Below, piece after piece: positions 8,808 through 18,454 of a stretch of 64,000 nt of DNA. Position 1 is the stretch's first letter; each line of letters begins with the position of its first letter. Position numbers and translations under genes: made by a program. This DNA comes from an uncultured Mycoplasmatota bacterium (GTDB lineage: Bacteria; Bacillota_I; Bacilli_A; RF39; UBA660), in the NCBI GenBank assembly GCA_946402735.1, contig CAMIXH010000001.1, positions 239,175-303,174 on the forward strand, in the 5' to 3' direction. Below the pieces are notes generated by a model that worked only from the letters and a program-made list of their open reading frames with translations, was not told the origin of the DNA and made no database searches.

Positions 8808-9530
8808 ATGGTGAACGATATGTTAAAAAAATTTAAATATTCAAAAGATAGAAGTATGGCAATTAATATTTTATTTTGTATTCTTAGTTTCTTGGGATTA
8901 GTATTATTATCTGGAATAGTACAATTAATAGTAAATACTTTTATTAAAAATGAAATATTATGTAGTATTATTGGTAATACATCTGTAATAATAATGATAT
9001 CTTTATTCTATTTAAAAGATCTTATAGATGAGTATAAAACATATACTGGTAATTTTAAAGAAACATTTAAAAAGAGTATTAAAATATACTTACTTGGTTT
9101 TATGGGAATGGTATTCTTTAATTTATTAATTAGTATATTTTTAAAAGGTATTTCTTCTAATGAAGAGCAAGTAAGAGAAATGCTATATAACCATACAATA
9201 TTAACAATGATTAGTATTTCAATAATAGCACCAATAGAAGAAGAATTAATATTTAGAAAAAGTTTACATCCAGTTATTAAAAATAAATGGGTTTATATAG
9301 TTTTATCTGGAATATTATTTGGATTTGCTCATTTACTTACTAATATACTAAGTGGAACATTCCAAGCCACTGATTTATTCTATATATTACCATATGGTTC
9401 TTTAGGAGCAGCATTTGCTTTAATGGATGATGAAACTAAGTCTACATTTAGTTCAATTGTAATACATGCTATTCATAATACTGTAACTGCTTTATTACTT
9501 CTAGCTGTTTATAGGAGTGGTTTAGCATGA
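8808..9530 (+). CDS. CPBP family intramembrane glutamic endopeptidase (CAAX protease-like)
   Basis: Multiple TM helices with motifs EEELIFRK, FGFAHL and HAIHN (Abi/CPBP family). Confidence 0.75.
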   Translation: MVNDMLKKFKYSKDRSMAINILFCILSFLGLVLLSGIVQLIVNTFIKNEILCSIIGNTSVIIMISLFYLKDLIDEYKTYTGNFKETFKKSIKIYLLGFMGMVFFNLLISIFLKGISSNEEQVREMLYNHTILTMISISIIAPIEEELIFRKSLHPVIKNKWVYIVLSGILFGFAHLLTNILSGTFQATDLFYILPYGSLGAAFALMDDETKSTFSSIVIHAIHNTVTALLLLAVYRSGLA

Positions 9531-10447
9531 GTAAAGAAATAGAAGAAGAAAAGAAAGAAACTAAAAAAGAAGAAATAGAAGAAGGAGTAGTTGAAGAAAA
9601 GAAATCTCATAAAGTACTAAACTTCTTTATATTTCTATTTATATTAATAGTAATACTTGTATTATATGCTAAATATATGGGTACTAAGGGATTAATAGTT
9701 AAAGAGTATAGGGTAGAGAGTAATATATTAACTAGTAATTATAGTGGTATTAAAATAGTACATTTTTCAGATTTATTATATAAATCAACAGTTGATAAAG
9801 AAGATGTACATAATCTTGTACAAAGAATAAATAAATTAAAACCTGATATAGTTGTTTTTACAGGTAATTTAACAGCATATAACATCAAAATAAATGAAAA
9901 TGATATAGAATATTTAAAAAGTGAATTATCTCAAATAAAGGCTAATATTGGTTTATACGCAGTATATGGAGAAAATGATTATAAATTAGATAATTATGAA
10001 GAAATAATGACTACTTCAGGATTCACTATTTTAAATAATACATATGAAGAATTATTTTATAAAACTAATGAAAGTATTTATATAGTAGGTTTTCCTTCAT
10101 CTATAAAAGAAAATATAGATTTGGAAAAATCATTCAAATTCTATGATGATTTAAATAGAAAATATACAATTGTATTATTAAGTGAAGGTGCATCTATAAA
10201 ATATTTAGATGAAAGTACTTATGAAGTTGATTTAATACTAGGAGGATACTCATTAAATGGTAGTATAGTATTACCTTTCTATGGAGGAGTATTTAAAGAT
10301 AAGAATTCTTATAAATATAGTGATCCATATTATAAAAAAGGAATAACTGATATTTATATATCTAGTGGGCTTGGTACTAGAAATCATGGATTTAGATTCT
10401 TAAATAAACCATCAATCAATTTATATAGATTAAAATCAAACCAATAA
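9527..10447 (+). CDS. membrane-anchored metallophosphoesterase (calcineurin-like MPP superfamily)
   Basis: Acidic N-terminus, one TM helix, then MPP-like blocks (IVHFSDLLY, VVFTGNL, GENDY). The start overlaps the CPBP stop. Confidence 0.65.
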   Translation: MSKEIEEEKKETKKEEIEEGVVEEKKSHKVLNFFIFLFILIVILVLYAKYMGTKGLIVKEYRVESNILTSNYSGIKIVHFSDLLYKSTVDKEDVHNLVQRINKLKPDIVVFTGNLTAYNIKINENDIEYLKSELSQIKANIGLYAVYGENDYKLDNYEEIMTTSGFTILNNTYEELFYKTNESIYIVGFPSSIKENIDLEKSFKFYDDLNRKYTIVLLSEGASIKYLDESTYEVDLILGGYSLNGSIVLPFYGGVFKDKNSYKYSDPYYKKGITDIYISSGLGTRNHGFRFLNKPSINLYRLKSNQ

Positions 10448-10472
10448 AAAAACTCATATTATTGAGTTTTTT
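10446..10472. terminator. bidirectional rho-independent terminator between convergent genes
   Basis: Hairpin AAAAAACTCA-tattat-TGAGTTTTTT flanked by A/T runs on both strands. Confidence 0.65.
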
Positions 10473-10782
10473 ATTTTAAATCTGACATATATTTTTTTAA
10501 TTGTTTTGAATTAGGTCCTAATATAATTTTTAATTCATTGTCTATTTCTACAATTCCCTTAGCACCTAATTTTTGAATACCATCTTTATTTACTAATGAC
10601 ATATCTTTTAGTGTTACTTTTAATCTTGATAAATTAATTTGTGAATCAATTATATTATCTTTACCACCTAAATATTGAATTAATTTATTTATTTCTAAAC
10701 TGAAATCTTTTTTCTTCATTTTTAGTACTACTAAAGATATTATAAGTAATACTACTATTATTATTAAATATTGATATTCCAT
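10471..10782 (-). CDS. membrane-anchored PTS EIIB(Glc)-like domain protein lacking the phosphorylatable cysteine
   Basis: One N-terminal TM helix, then LGGKDNI…NLSRLK…LKxLGAKGIVEI…IILG. This matches the EIIB glucose-family fold, but the CxTRLR cysteine is replaced by Leu. Confidence 0.55.
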   Translation of the reverse strand: MEYQYLIIIVVLLIISLVVLKMKKKDFSLEINKLIQYLGGKDNIIDSQINLSRLKVTLKDMSLVNKDGIQKLGAKGIVEIDNELKIILGPNSKQLKKYMSDLK

Positions 10783-11351
10783 TATTTAATCACCTCTAAA
10801 TATTCTTTTATTTTATTTCTAAATTGTTTAATTTGATTCTTATTCCAATAATCATTTTCATTAACATCACTTGGTATTAGAGAAGTATCATTATCATGAG
10901 CAACAGCTACACCATCTTTAACAAATGTTAAGTCTGGCATATTAATTTTACTTCTTTCTTCATCATCTTTATATAAGAAACTATCTAAGTATTCTAATAG
11001 TTTTTGATATTTAATAGAATCTAAACTTCTTTCCATAGTAATATCTAAATAATATACTTTTTCTTTATAATAATTATCTTTAAGTGCTTGATTTAAATAA
11101 TAAGCATATTTTTGACACCATTTAGAAGAAGGTGTACATAAAAATATTATTCCAGTATTTCCTTCAAATAAACTTAATACTTCTTCTATATTTTTATATT
11201 CAAATACATTTTCTTCATCATCAATTTTGTATTCTTGATTAAATTTATTTAATACTATTTCTTCATTTCTTTTTTTATCAAAATGAGTATATATTAATAA
11301 AGCACCACCTATAGCTATTAATAATATACCAAACAATTTTAATTTATACAT
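10782..11351 (-). CDS. membrane-anchored hypothetical protein (single N-terminal TM; possible thioredoxin-like fold, no CxxC)
   Basis: 189 aa with the N-terminal helix MYKLKLFGILLIAIGGALLIY. Its stop overlaps the start of the downstream EIIB-like ORF (translational coupling). Confidence 0.4.
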   Translation of the reverse strand: MYKLKLFGILLIAIGGALLIYTHFDKKRNEEIVLNKFNQEYKIDDEENVFEYKNIEEVLSLFEGNTGIIFLCTPSSKWCQKYAYYLNQALKDNYYKEKVYYLDITMERSLDSIKYQKLLEYLDSFLYKDDEERSKINMPDLTFVKDGVAVAHDNDTSLIPSDVNENDYWNKNQIKQFRNKIKEYLEVIK

Positions 11352-11383
11352 TTGATCACTTCCTAATATATTTTATCATTAAA

Positions 11384-12103
11384 TCATTTCTTATTCAAAT
11401 AAAGCTGTTTCATAATAGATTCAGTTCTATGTTTTTCATAGTATTTTGTATCAAATAATTCTTTTATTATTTGTTTTACTTTCTTTCTGTTTTTTTCTTC
11501 ATATTTAATATCCATACATTTTGGATTTTGTCTTGCTAAATTATACTTTTTCATATAATCAAATAATGCAAGTAAACAAAATGCTATAATTACCATTGCA
11601 AATATATCAATTATTAATGTTGTATTACTAATTAAACTCATTATAAAACGTGATTGAATATTTAACTTTGGTAGACTCATTAATATAAAGCTTATTATAA
11701 CTAGAACATCTAATATTATAGTTTTAATTCTTCCAATTGTATGTGTTCTTACATTTCCTCCATATCTATAAGTAGAGTAGGAAGTATATAATATTGCTAT
11801 TTCTATTATTAATGGAGCAAACATTAAATTATATTCAAAACCTAATATAACAAATGCAATCATATTTAATACTTTATCGCTCATAGCATCCATTAGACTT
11901 CCAAAAAATGTTGATACTTTAAATGTTCTTGCTAAAAATCCATCAATAGCATCAGTTAAGAATAATACTAATATATAAATTGCTACTACACTAGCACCTT
12001 TATAATAATAAATAAAAGGTAAACTAAAAGCACCAATTAATCTAATTGATGTAATTAAGTTAACTATAACAATTAAAAACCATTTTAAAACTTTATTATT
12101 CAT
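11384..12103 (-). CDS. CDP-alcohol phosphatidyltransferase family protein (PgsA-like)
   Basis: Motif DAIDGFLAR-x8-G-x3-D-x3-D (DAIDGFLARTFKVSTFFGSLMDAMSDK) and multiple TM helices. Confidence 0.75.
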   Translation of the reverse strand: MNNKVLKWFLIVIVNLITSIRLIGAFSLPFIYYYKGASVVAIYILVLFLTDAIDGFLARTFKVSTFFGSLMDAMSDKVLNMIAFVILGFEYNLMFAPLIIEIAILYTSYSTYRYGGNVRTHTIGRIKTIILDVLVIISFILMSLPKLNIQSRFIMSLISNTTLIIDIFAMVIIAFCLLALFDYMKKYNLARQNPKCMDIKYEEKNRKKVKQIIKELFDTKYYEKHRTESIMKQLYLNKK

Positions 12104-12186
12104 ACGTCTTATATTTTAAGAAATATAACTATATTTGTCAATAATATAGAAATTTTACTTATTTTATGCTATAATTAGGGACGTTA

Positions 12187-12543
12187 TGGGGCTGCATTGA
12201 TTCGACATTATATAATTTTGGTAGGATGCAAGTAGTAGGCGTACTTAAAACGCAAAAATAAAATAGTCGGAAACGATTTTAATTTTCAACCAGCTTTTGC
12301 TTAATAATTAAGTAATTAGCTAGTCTTCCACTTAATCTTTTGTTCACGAGATTAAGATTGGGAGTTATAAAGTGAACTATATTATATATATGTTTATGGT
12401 ATATAACGAATATTTAATAAGCTTTGAATAATAATAGATGTTGGCTCTCTGTGTTATTATTCGAGTATAAAAACCAACTAAACTTGTAGATGTCCTATGG
12501 AAATTTATTTTGGACAGGAGTTCATTACTCCTCAGCTCCACCA
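12187..12543 (+). ncRNA. ssrA: tmRNA (ssrA), ~357 nt
   Basis: 5' GGGGCTGCATTGATTCGAC and 3' tRNA-like end GGACAGGAGTTCATTACTCCTCAGCTCCACCA. The internal tag reading frame …AAAAATAAAATAGTCGGAAACGATTTTAATTTTCAACCAGCTTTTGCTTAATAA encodes …KNKIVGNDFNFQPAFA with a double stop. Extended -10 tgcTATAAT at 12167-12175. Confidence 0.85.
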
Positions 12544-12553
12544 AATAAAAAAT

Positions 12554-12579
12554 AAAAGAACCATTTAGGTTCTTTTTTA
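12554..12579. terminator. bidirectional terminator shared by ssrA and the convergent surface-protein gene
   Basis: Hairpin AAAAGAACC-attta-GGTTCTTTT. Confidence 0.65.
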
Positions 12580-14805
12580 ATTCTTTCTAAGTTTATTTCT
12601 TCTATAATTATCACCAATTATTAATAATACTGGAATACTTATACAAACCATAATAATAAGTATTATTATACCAACGCTAGTTTCTTCACCTTTAACAGTG
12701 ATTGAACTAGATGTTGTTAGTGATAGATCATCTATAGAAGCTTTAATAGTAACATAACCACTTTTCTTAGCAACAGCGATTCCTTTTTGAGATATTTCAA
12801 CTATAGAATCATCTGAACTAGACCATGTAACTTTAGTATAATCTAAATCATAGTTTTCAGGAGTTATTAATAGTTTTAATTGTAATCTATCATCAACTTT
12901 CATTTCATAACTAGATTTTTCAAATGCTATCTTTTCTAACTTTTCTATAACATTAACAGTTATATTCTTTTTAATATTACCATCATGAGAGGTTAGAGTA
13001 ATAACAGAAGTACCAACTTTATCTCCAGCTGTTATTAATCCAGTTTGACCAACTGTAACTAAATCATTATTAACACTAAACTTAACATCTTTATATGTAG
13101 CATCTTCAGGATATATAGTATAATCCAATTGAGCTTTTTCACCTTTATAAAGAGTTAATTCTTTTTGAACGTCTATTTCTGATACTTTAATTTCATCAAT
13201 AATATGAACTGTAACTTCTTTTGTTACTTCTCCATCATAAGAAGCTATTGTTATAACAGAAGTACCAACTTTATCTCCAGCTGTTATATAACCTTTTTCA
13301 TTTACTTTAATTAAATCATTATTTACAAAGAATGATATTTCTTTTATAGTTGCTTCTTCAGGGAAGATACTATAATTTAACTCTAGTTTATCATTTATCA
13401 TAATTGTTACTTCTTCAGGAGCATCTATTTCACTAACTCTAATTTCATTTCCTTCAATAACAATTATTCTAATATCATTTGATACTCCTTTAAATTCTGC
13501 TTTAATATGAGCTTCACCAATATCTTTAGCAGTTATAGTACCATCATTACTAACAGTCAATACTTTAGTATTATCACTAGTCCATGTAAGTTCATCTGCC
13601 TCAAGTATAACATCACTTGGTTTAAATACAGGTTTTAATACCATTGTATCTCCCTTTTTAATAGTTAATACTCTTTGATTAAAGTCTATTGCTTCTAATT
13701 CTGGACTAATATAAACAGTAATTTCTTTTTTAACACCGGAATCTTCTGAAGTTATTGTTAATATAGAAGTACCTGTTTTACTTCCAACTTTTATAATTCC
13801 ATCAGAATCAACTGATATTAAATTATTATTAACACTAAATTTAACTTTTTTATTAGTAGCATCTTCTGGTAAAACAGTATATTCTAATTGATAACTATTA
13901 TCTGGATTTAATATCATAGCATCAGTAGCTTTAATACTATTAACACTCTTAGTAACATTAACTTTAATTTCACTTGAAAAATGATTAACTTGTAATTTAA
14001 TAGTTGCTTCTCCAGCTTTAAGAGTTTTAATCTTTCCATTTGTAACACTTACTACACTAGGATTAGTACTAGTCCATGTTACATTTGATATTGTTGCATT
14101 TGTTGGAGTAACTGTATAAGTTAATTGTCTTTCATCATTAACTCTTAAATTTAAATTACCACCATTTATTTTTACACCAGTAGGTGTTATAGCTTGTCCT
14201 CTTGTAACAGTTATATAATAATTTCTTGAATCACCTTGAGGAGTTTTAACATTAATAGTAATTTTATTATCACCAAGATTTAATGTATGTTCTCCAGTAC
14301 CACTCATAGTACTATTTGATTGATTTGGTGATGCATTTACTGTTATTTTATTTGTTTCATAAGGTACGCTTAAAGTATAATTAAAAGTTCCATTATAAAA
14401 AGTAGGGGATATAGAATAACCTGTAACTGATAAAGATTTAAGTCCCCATTCAGAAAAGCAATAATAAGCTGTAGATGTAAGAACTGAACCTGAACATGAA
14501 CAATCAGCATCTACTGTTACTTTTGCAGTAGTTGTTCCTATTTTTTTAGGTGTAAAAGTAAATCCTGAACTAGTAAGATGTAATTCAACAATACCATTTT
14601 GCCCACTAAAATGAAAACAACCTGATCTAGGTGGAGTTCCTGAAAAAGAACCAGCTGGGAATGTTTGTGATTGATGACCATTAACTCTTCTTGTAGAACC
14701 AACTAATGATACACCACTAATACATGCTGATGCTTTTATTGAACCTATAATAAATAGGGCAGTTATTATAATCACACTAATAATTATTCTTCTTATTCTT
14801 TTCAT
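12577..14805 (-). CDS. large cell-surface protein: signal peptide, Cys/Ser-rich N-region, cadherin-like beta-sandwich domain, six Big_2 (bacterial Ig-like) repeats, C-terminal TM anchor
   Basis: 742 aa. Cadherin-like block LKSLSVTGYSISPTFYNGTFNYTLSVPYETNKITVNA…GDNKITINVKT…YYITVTR. Repeated …YTV.P..AT.K.V.WSS.N..I..V...G.I.A...G.A.I Big_2 units. C-terminal IILIIMVCISIPVLLIIG followed by RRNKLRKN. Confidence 0.75.
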   Translation of the reverse strand: MKRIRRIIISVIIITALFIIGSIKASACISGVSLVGSTRRVNGHQSQTFPAGSFSGTPPRSGCFHFSGQNGIVELHLTSSGFTFTPKKIGTTTAKVTVDADCSCSGSVLTSTAYYCFSEWGLKSLSVTGYSISPTFYNGTFNYTLSVPYETNKITVNASPNQSNSTMSGTGEHTLNLGDNKITINVKTPQGDSRNYYITVTRGQAITPTGVKINGGNLNLRVNDERQLTYTVTPTNATISNVTWTSTNPSVVSVTNGKIKTLKAGEATIKLQVNHFSSEIKVNVTKSVNSIKATDAMILNPDNSYQLEYTVLPEDATNKKVKFSVNNNLISVDSDGIIKVGSKTGTSILTITSEDSGVKKEITVYISPELEAIDFNQRVLTIKKGDTMVLKPVFKPSDVILEADELTWTSDNTKVLTVSNDGTITAKDIGEAHIKAEFKGVSNDIRIIVIEGNEIRVSEIDAPEEVTIMINDKLELNYSIFPEEATIKEISFFVNNDLIKVNEKGYITAGDKVGTSVITIASYDGEVTKEVTVHIIDEIKVSEIDVQKELTLYKGEKAQLDYTIYPEDATYKDVKFSVNNDLVTVGQTGLITAGDKVGTSVITLTSHDGNIKKNITVNVIEKLEKIAFEKSSYEMKVDDRLQLKLLITPENYDLDYTKVTWSSSDDSIVEISQKGIAVAKKSGYVTIKASIDDLSLTTSSSITVKGEETSVGIIILIIMVCISIPVLLIIGDNYRRNKLRKN

Positions 14806-14897
14806 ATATGATACCTCATTATAATTATAATATTATATGGTTATTAATTTCAAGTTTTAATTGAAAAATGTGTTATAATCTTTTTGAGGTGTATGAT

Positions 14898-15419
14898 ATG
14901 GAATTATTAGATGTATATGATAGTCATGGTAATCGTACTGGAAGAACTGTTATTAGAGGCGATAAAACAGTTAAATTAAATGAAAATGAACACATTGCAG
15001 TAGGAGTAATATTTATTGAAAATAATAAGAATGAATTTCTAATTCAAAAAACATCTAAAGAAAAAGGTGGAGAATTTTCTTCAACCGGAGGACATATTGA
15101 TTCAGGTGAAACACCACTTACATCTATTAGAAGAGAAGTAGAAGAAGAACTAGGCATTAATGTTGATAATGATGATATTATAGAATATGGATTCATTCAA
15201 TATGATATGCCACTTAGATTTCTATTCTATTTAAAAAAGAACATAAATTTAGATGATGTAAAAGTACAAAAAGAAGAAGTAGACTATGTAGAATATATGA
15301 GTATTGATAAAATAAATGAATTAATTAAATCAGGTGAAATGTTAAAATCACATGGTATATTATTTAATGAACTTATGAAAAAAAGGAATAATAAATGCAA
15401 AGCAATTTTAAAAAACTAA
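14898..15419 (+). CDS. NUDIX hydrolase
   Basis: Nudix box GGHIDSGETPLTSIRREVEEELGI. The track start at 14868 is upstream. ATG at 14898 with RBS GAGGTG is preferred. Confidence 0.75.
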   Translation: MELLDVYDSHGNRTGRTVIRGDKTVKLNENEHIAVGVIFIENNKNEFLIQKTSKEKGGEFSSTGGHIDSGETPLTSIRREVEEELGINVDNDDIIEYGFIQYDMPLRFLFYLKKNINLDDVKVQKEEVDYVEYMSIDKINELIKSGEMLKSHGILFNELMKKRNNKCKAILKN

Positions 15420-16840
15420 TTATATTATTTTTATGCTTACTAATTGTTTCAACAATAGTTATTTTTACTATGGGAAGAACTATTACTGTTAAAGTTGGTA
15501 TCAATAATATAGGAACTTATAACGTAAAAATAGATAATTCACTTGGCGATATTGAAATATTAGAAAATGAAAAAAAAGGTAATGGTTTAATATTAAAAGT
15601 TAGGGGTAAGAAACCAGGTGTGGTTATAATAGATGTTATTGGAGATAAATATCAAACCGGTGTTGTACTATATATTCACAAAAGTATGGTTATAACAGAA
15701 AATACATATTTTGGATATTCAACTGGATCAGAAATAATACCAATATCATTATCTGTTTTCTTAATTGTTACTTTAGTATTATTAATTCAAAGATATAGAT
15801 ATTATATTAAACAAAATTTATATCAATATAAAAATATAGCTTATTTAGGTATCATTATATTTTTATCTATATTAACTCTAAGTACTATTTTCTCTTTAAT
15901 TAATTATCAGGGTTTATATGAAACAATTAATAATCTTATTAATTCTATGTCCTTTGTATCATTTATATTATTTCCACTTGCTTTAGTAACATTTATTTTA
16001 GTTACAATTAGTAATATTCAATTGATAATTAAAGAAGGAAAATCTTTAAGAAATTTCTTAGGATTGTTTTTAGGAATATTTCTTTGTGTCTCAACATTAC
16101 TTCCTGATTTTGTTTATGGTATTTTATTAAAATCTCAAAAAATAAATATTTATAATTTAAATTCAATAGGACCTTATCTATATGATTTTCTTGAATCGTT
16201 AGTTTATTTATCAATCTCATATTTAGAATGTGTACTTGCTGGTACTGTTGTAATAGCATTAAAAGCAATTCGTAAAAAGATAAAACATAATAAAGATTAT
16301 ATGATTATTCTAGGTTGCGCTATTAACGATGATGGAACTTTACCACCACTTTTAAGAGGTAGAGTAGATAAAGCAATAGACTTTAGAAATAGACAACTAA
16401 AAAGTGCTAATAAAGATTTAATATTTATACCATCTGGTGGTAAAGGAAATGATGAATGTATATCAGAAAGTGAAGCAATGACTAATTATTTAATAGAAAA
16501 GGGTATTAGTAAAAAGAATATAATAATGGAAAATAAATCAGCTAATACATATGAAAATATTAAGTTTTCTAATAAATTAATTAAGAAAAAAGATGCTAAT
16601 GTTGCTTTCTCAACAACTAATTATCATGTCCTAAGAGCGGGACTTCTCGCAACAGAACAAGGATTAAAATATGAAGGTATTGGTAGTAAAACTAAAATGT
16701 ATTTTATGATTAATGCATTTATAAGAGAATTTATAGGTACACTATATGCTGAAAAGAAGAAACATATAATGGTATTTTCTTTAATAGTAGTTTTATTAAT
16801 AATAATGCTTTCTATAACATATATATCTAATAATATTTAA
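15395..16840 (+). CDS. polytopic membrane protein with C-terminal DUF218 (YdcF/SanA/ElyC-like) domain
   Basis: N-terminal signal/anchor, ~8 TM helices, then DYMIILGCAINDDGTLPPLLRGRVDKAIDF…IPSGGKG, a typical DUF218 core. Confidence 0.6.
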   Translation: MQSNFKKLIILFLCLLIVSTIVIFTMGRTITVKVGINNIGTYNVKIDNSLGDIEILENEKKGNGLILKVRGKKPGVVIIDVIGDKYQTGVVLYIHKSMVITENTYFGYSTGSEIIPISLSVFLIVTLVLLIQRYRYYIKQNLYQYKNIAYLGIIIFLSILTLSTIFSLINYQGLYETINNLINSMSFVSFILFPLALVTFILVTISNIQLIIKEGKSLRNFLGLFLGIFLCVSTLLPDFVYGILLKSQKINIYNLNSIGPYLYDFLESLVYLSISYLECVLAGTVVIALKAIRKKIKHNKDYMIILGCAINDDGTLPPLLRGRVDKAIDFRNRQLKSANKDLIFIPSGGKGNDECISESEAMTNYLIEKGISKKNIIMENKSANTYENIKFSNKLIKKKDANVAFSTTNYHVLRAGLLATEQGLKYEGIGSKTKMYFMINAFIREFIGTLYAEKKKHIMVFSLIVVLLIIMLSITYISNNI

Positions 16841-16891
16841 GGACCTAAAAGGTTCTTTTTATGTTATAATATAGCTCAAGAGGGGATTTAT

Positions 16892-17824
16892 ATGAAAACA
16901 CTTATAATAATTCTTGTTTGTTTATTCTTGTTATATTTACTTATTACATATTTGATGTTCTTTTTCATATGTAGAAGAATAAGTAATAATTTTTTACCTG
17001 TAGAAAAAAGAGTGCAAGAAATAATAAAACCTTATAAAGATATTATTAAAGAGGGTCATGACTGGGTAAAGAATAAAATCAAAAATCATGAATCAGAAGA
17101 CGTTTATATTAAATCTGATGATAATTTAAAATTACATGGTACTTTAATTGAATATAAAGATGCTAAGGGAACTATTATAATAGCTCATGGTTATAGAAGT
17201 AGTCCTGAAAGAGATTTATATGCATCAACTCATGAATATTATAAAATGGGTTATAACATACTTTTATTTGATCAAAGAGCTACTAATCAAAGTGAAGGAA
17301 AATATATAACATTTGGTGTTAAAGAAAGTAAAGATTTAATTAATTGGATTAAATATATTAATACAAGATATCCAAATAAAAAAGTAATTCTTGCTGGTAT
17401 ATCTATGGGAGCATCAACTGTACTTATGTCTTTAAAACATGTTACTGATAAAATGAATATTAAATGTGTTTTAGTAGATTGTGGATATATTAGCCCATAT
17501 AGAGAAGTATTATATTGTATTAGACATTATTTGCATATAGATGGTATAATATTTATAGATATGATAAATCTATGGTGTAAATTATTTGCTCATTTTAGCT
17601 TAAAAGAAACAGATACAATTTCTTCAATGAGTAAATCAAATTTACCAATATTATTTGCTCATGGTTTAATTGATGATATTGTTCCAAGTAGGAATACATT
17701 TATCAATTATGAGAAATATAAAGGTCCAAAAGAAATGATTATATTTGATGAGGCAACTCATGGAATTAGTTATTTAATGGATCCAGAAAGATATTTAAGT
17801 CATATTAGAAAGTTTTTAAAATAA
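16892..17824 (+). CDS. alpha/beta hydrolase (membrane-anchored, GxSxG serine hydrolase)
   Basis: N-terminal TM helix, nucleophile elbow GISMGAS, and acid/His region HGLIDDIVP. Confidence 0.7.
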   Translation: MKTLIIILVCLFLLYLLITYLMFFFICRRISNNFLPVEKRVQEIIKPYKDIIKEGHDWVKNKIKNHESEDVYIKSDDNLKLHGTLIEYKDAKGTIIIAHGYRSSPERDLYASTHEYYKMGYNILLFDQRATNQSEGKYITFGVKESKDLINWIKYINTRYPNKKVILAGISMGASTVLMSLKHVTDKMNIKCVLVDCGYISPYREVLYCIRHYLHIDGIIFIDMINLWCKLFAHFSLKETDTISSMSKSNLPILFAHGLIDDIVPSRNTFINYEKYKGPKEMIIFDEATHGISYLMDPERYLSHIRKFLK

Positions 17825-17835
17825 AGGAGATTACT

Positions 17836-18228
17836 ATGGAAGAAGTAAGGAATTTTTTAAAGGATTGTGGTGTTTATTATCTAGCTACAATAGATGGGGA
17901 TATGCCAAGAGTAAGACCATTTGGTACTGCTGAAATATTTGAAGGACACTTATATATTCAAACAGGTAAAATAAAAAAAGTTTATGCTCAAATTAAGAAT
18001 AACAACAATGTTGAAATATGTGCTTTCAAAGATGGAAAATGGATTAGAATAGAAGGTAAATTAATTGAAGATGATAGAGTAGAAGCAAGAAAAGATATGT
18101 TAGATAAAAATCCTAATTTAAGAAATATGTATGATGAGAATGATGATAATACTTGTGTACTATATTTTGAAAGTGCAAAAGCAACCATTTACTCATTTAC
18201 TGAAGAACCAAAAGTAATTACTTTCTAG
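17836..18228 (+). CDS. pyridoxamine 5'-phosphate oxidase-like FMN-binding split-barrel protein
   Basis: 130 aa with a pattern (YYLATIDGDMPRVRPFG…) typical of the PNPOx-like family. Confidence 0.55.
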   Translation: MEEVRNFLKDCGVYYLATIDGDMPRVRPFGTAEIFEGHLYIQTGKIKKVYAQIKNNNNVEICAFKDGKWIRIEGKLIEDDRVEARKDMLDKNPNLRNMYDENDDNTCVLYFESAKATIYSFTEEPKVITF

Positions 18229-18238
18229 GAGAAAAAAT

Positions 18239-18454
18239 ATGACAAAAGAAAAAATAGCAAATATACTTTATATTATTTCAGGTCTATTAGTAATAGCATT
18301 CTTTGGATTTGTTATTTATGATTATATTAATTATAATTCAATCGTATCTTCAGCTCCATTTAGTGCATATATATTAATTAATGCCTTAAGATTTCTATTT
18401 CCATGTATTATTTTAATAACTATTGGTAATGTTTTAAAAAGGAAAAATCAATGA
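18239..18454 (+). CDS. small membrane protein (two TM helices)
   Basis: 71 aa, hydrophobic. RBS GGAG. Its stop overlaps the next start (ATGA). Confidence 0.4.
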   Translation: MTKEKIANILYIISGLLVIAFFGFVIYDYINYNSIVSSAPFSAYILINALRFLFPCIILITIGNVLKRKNQ

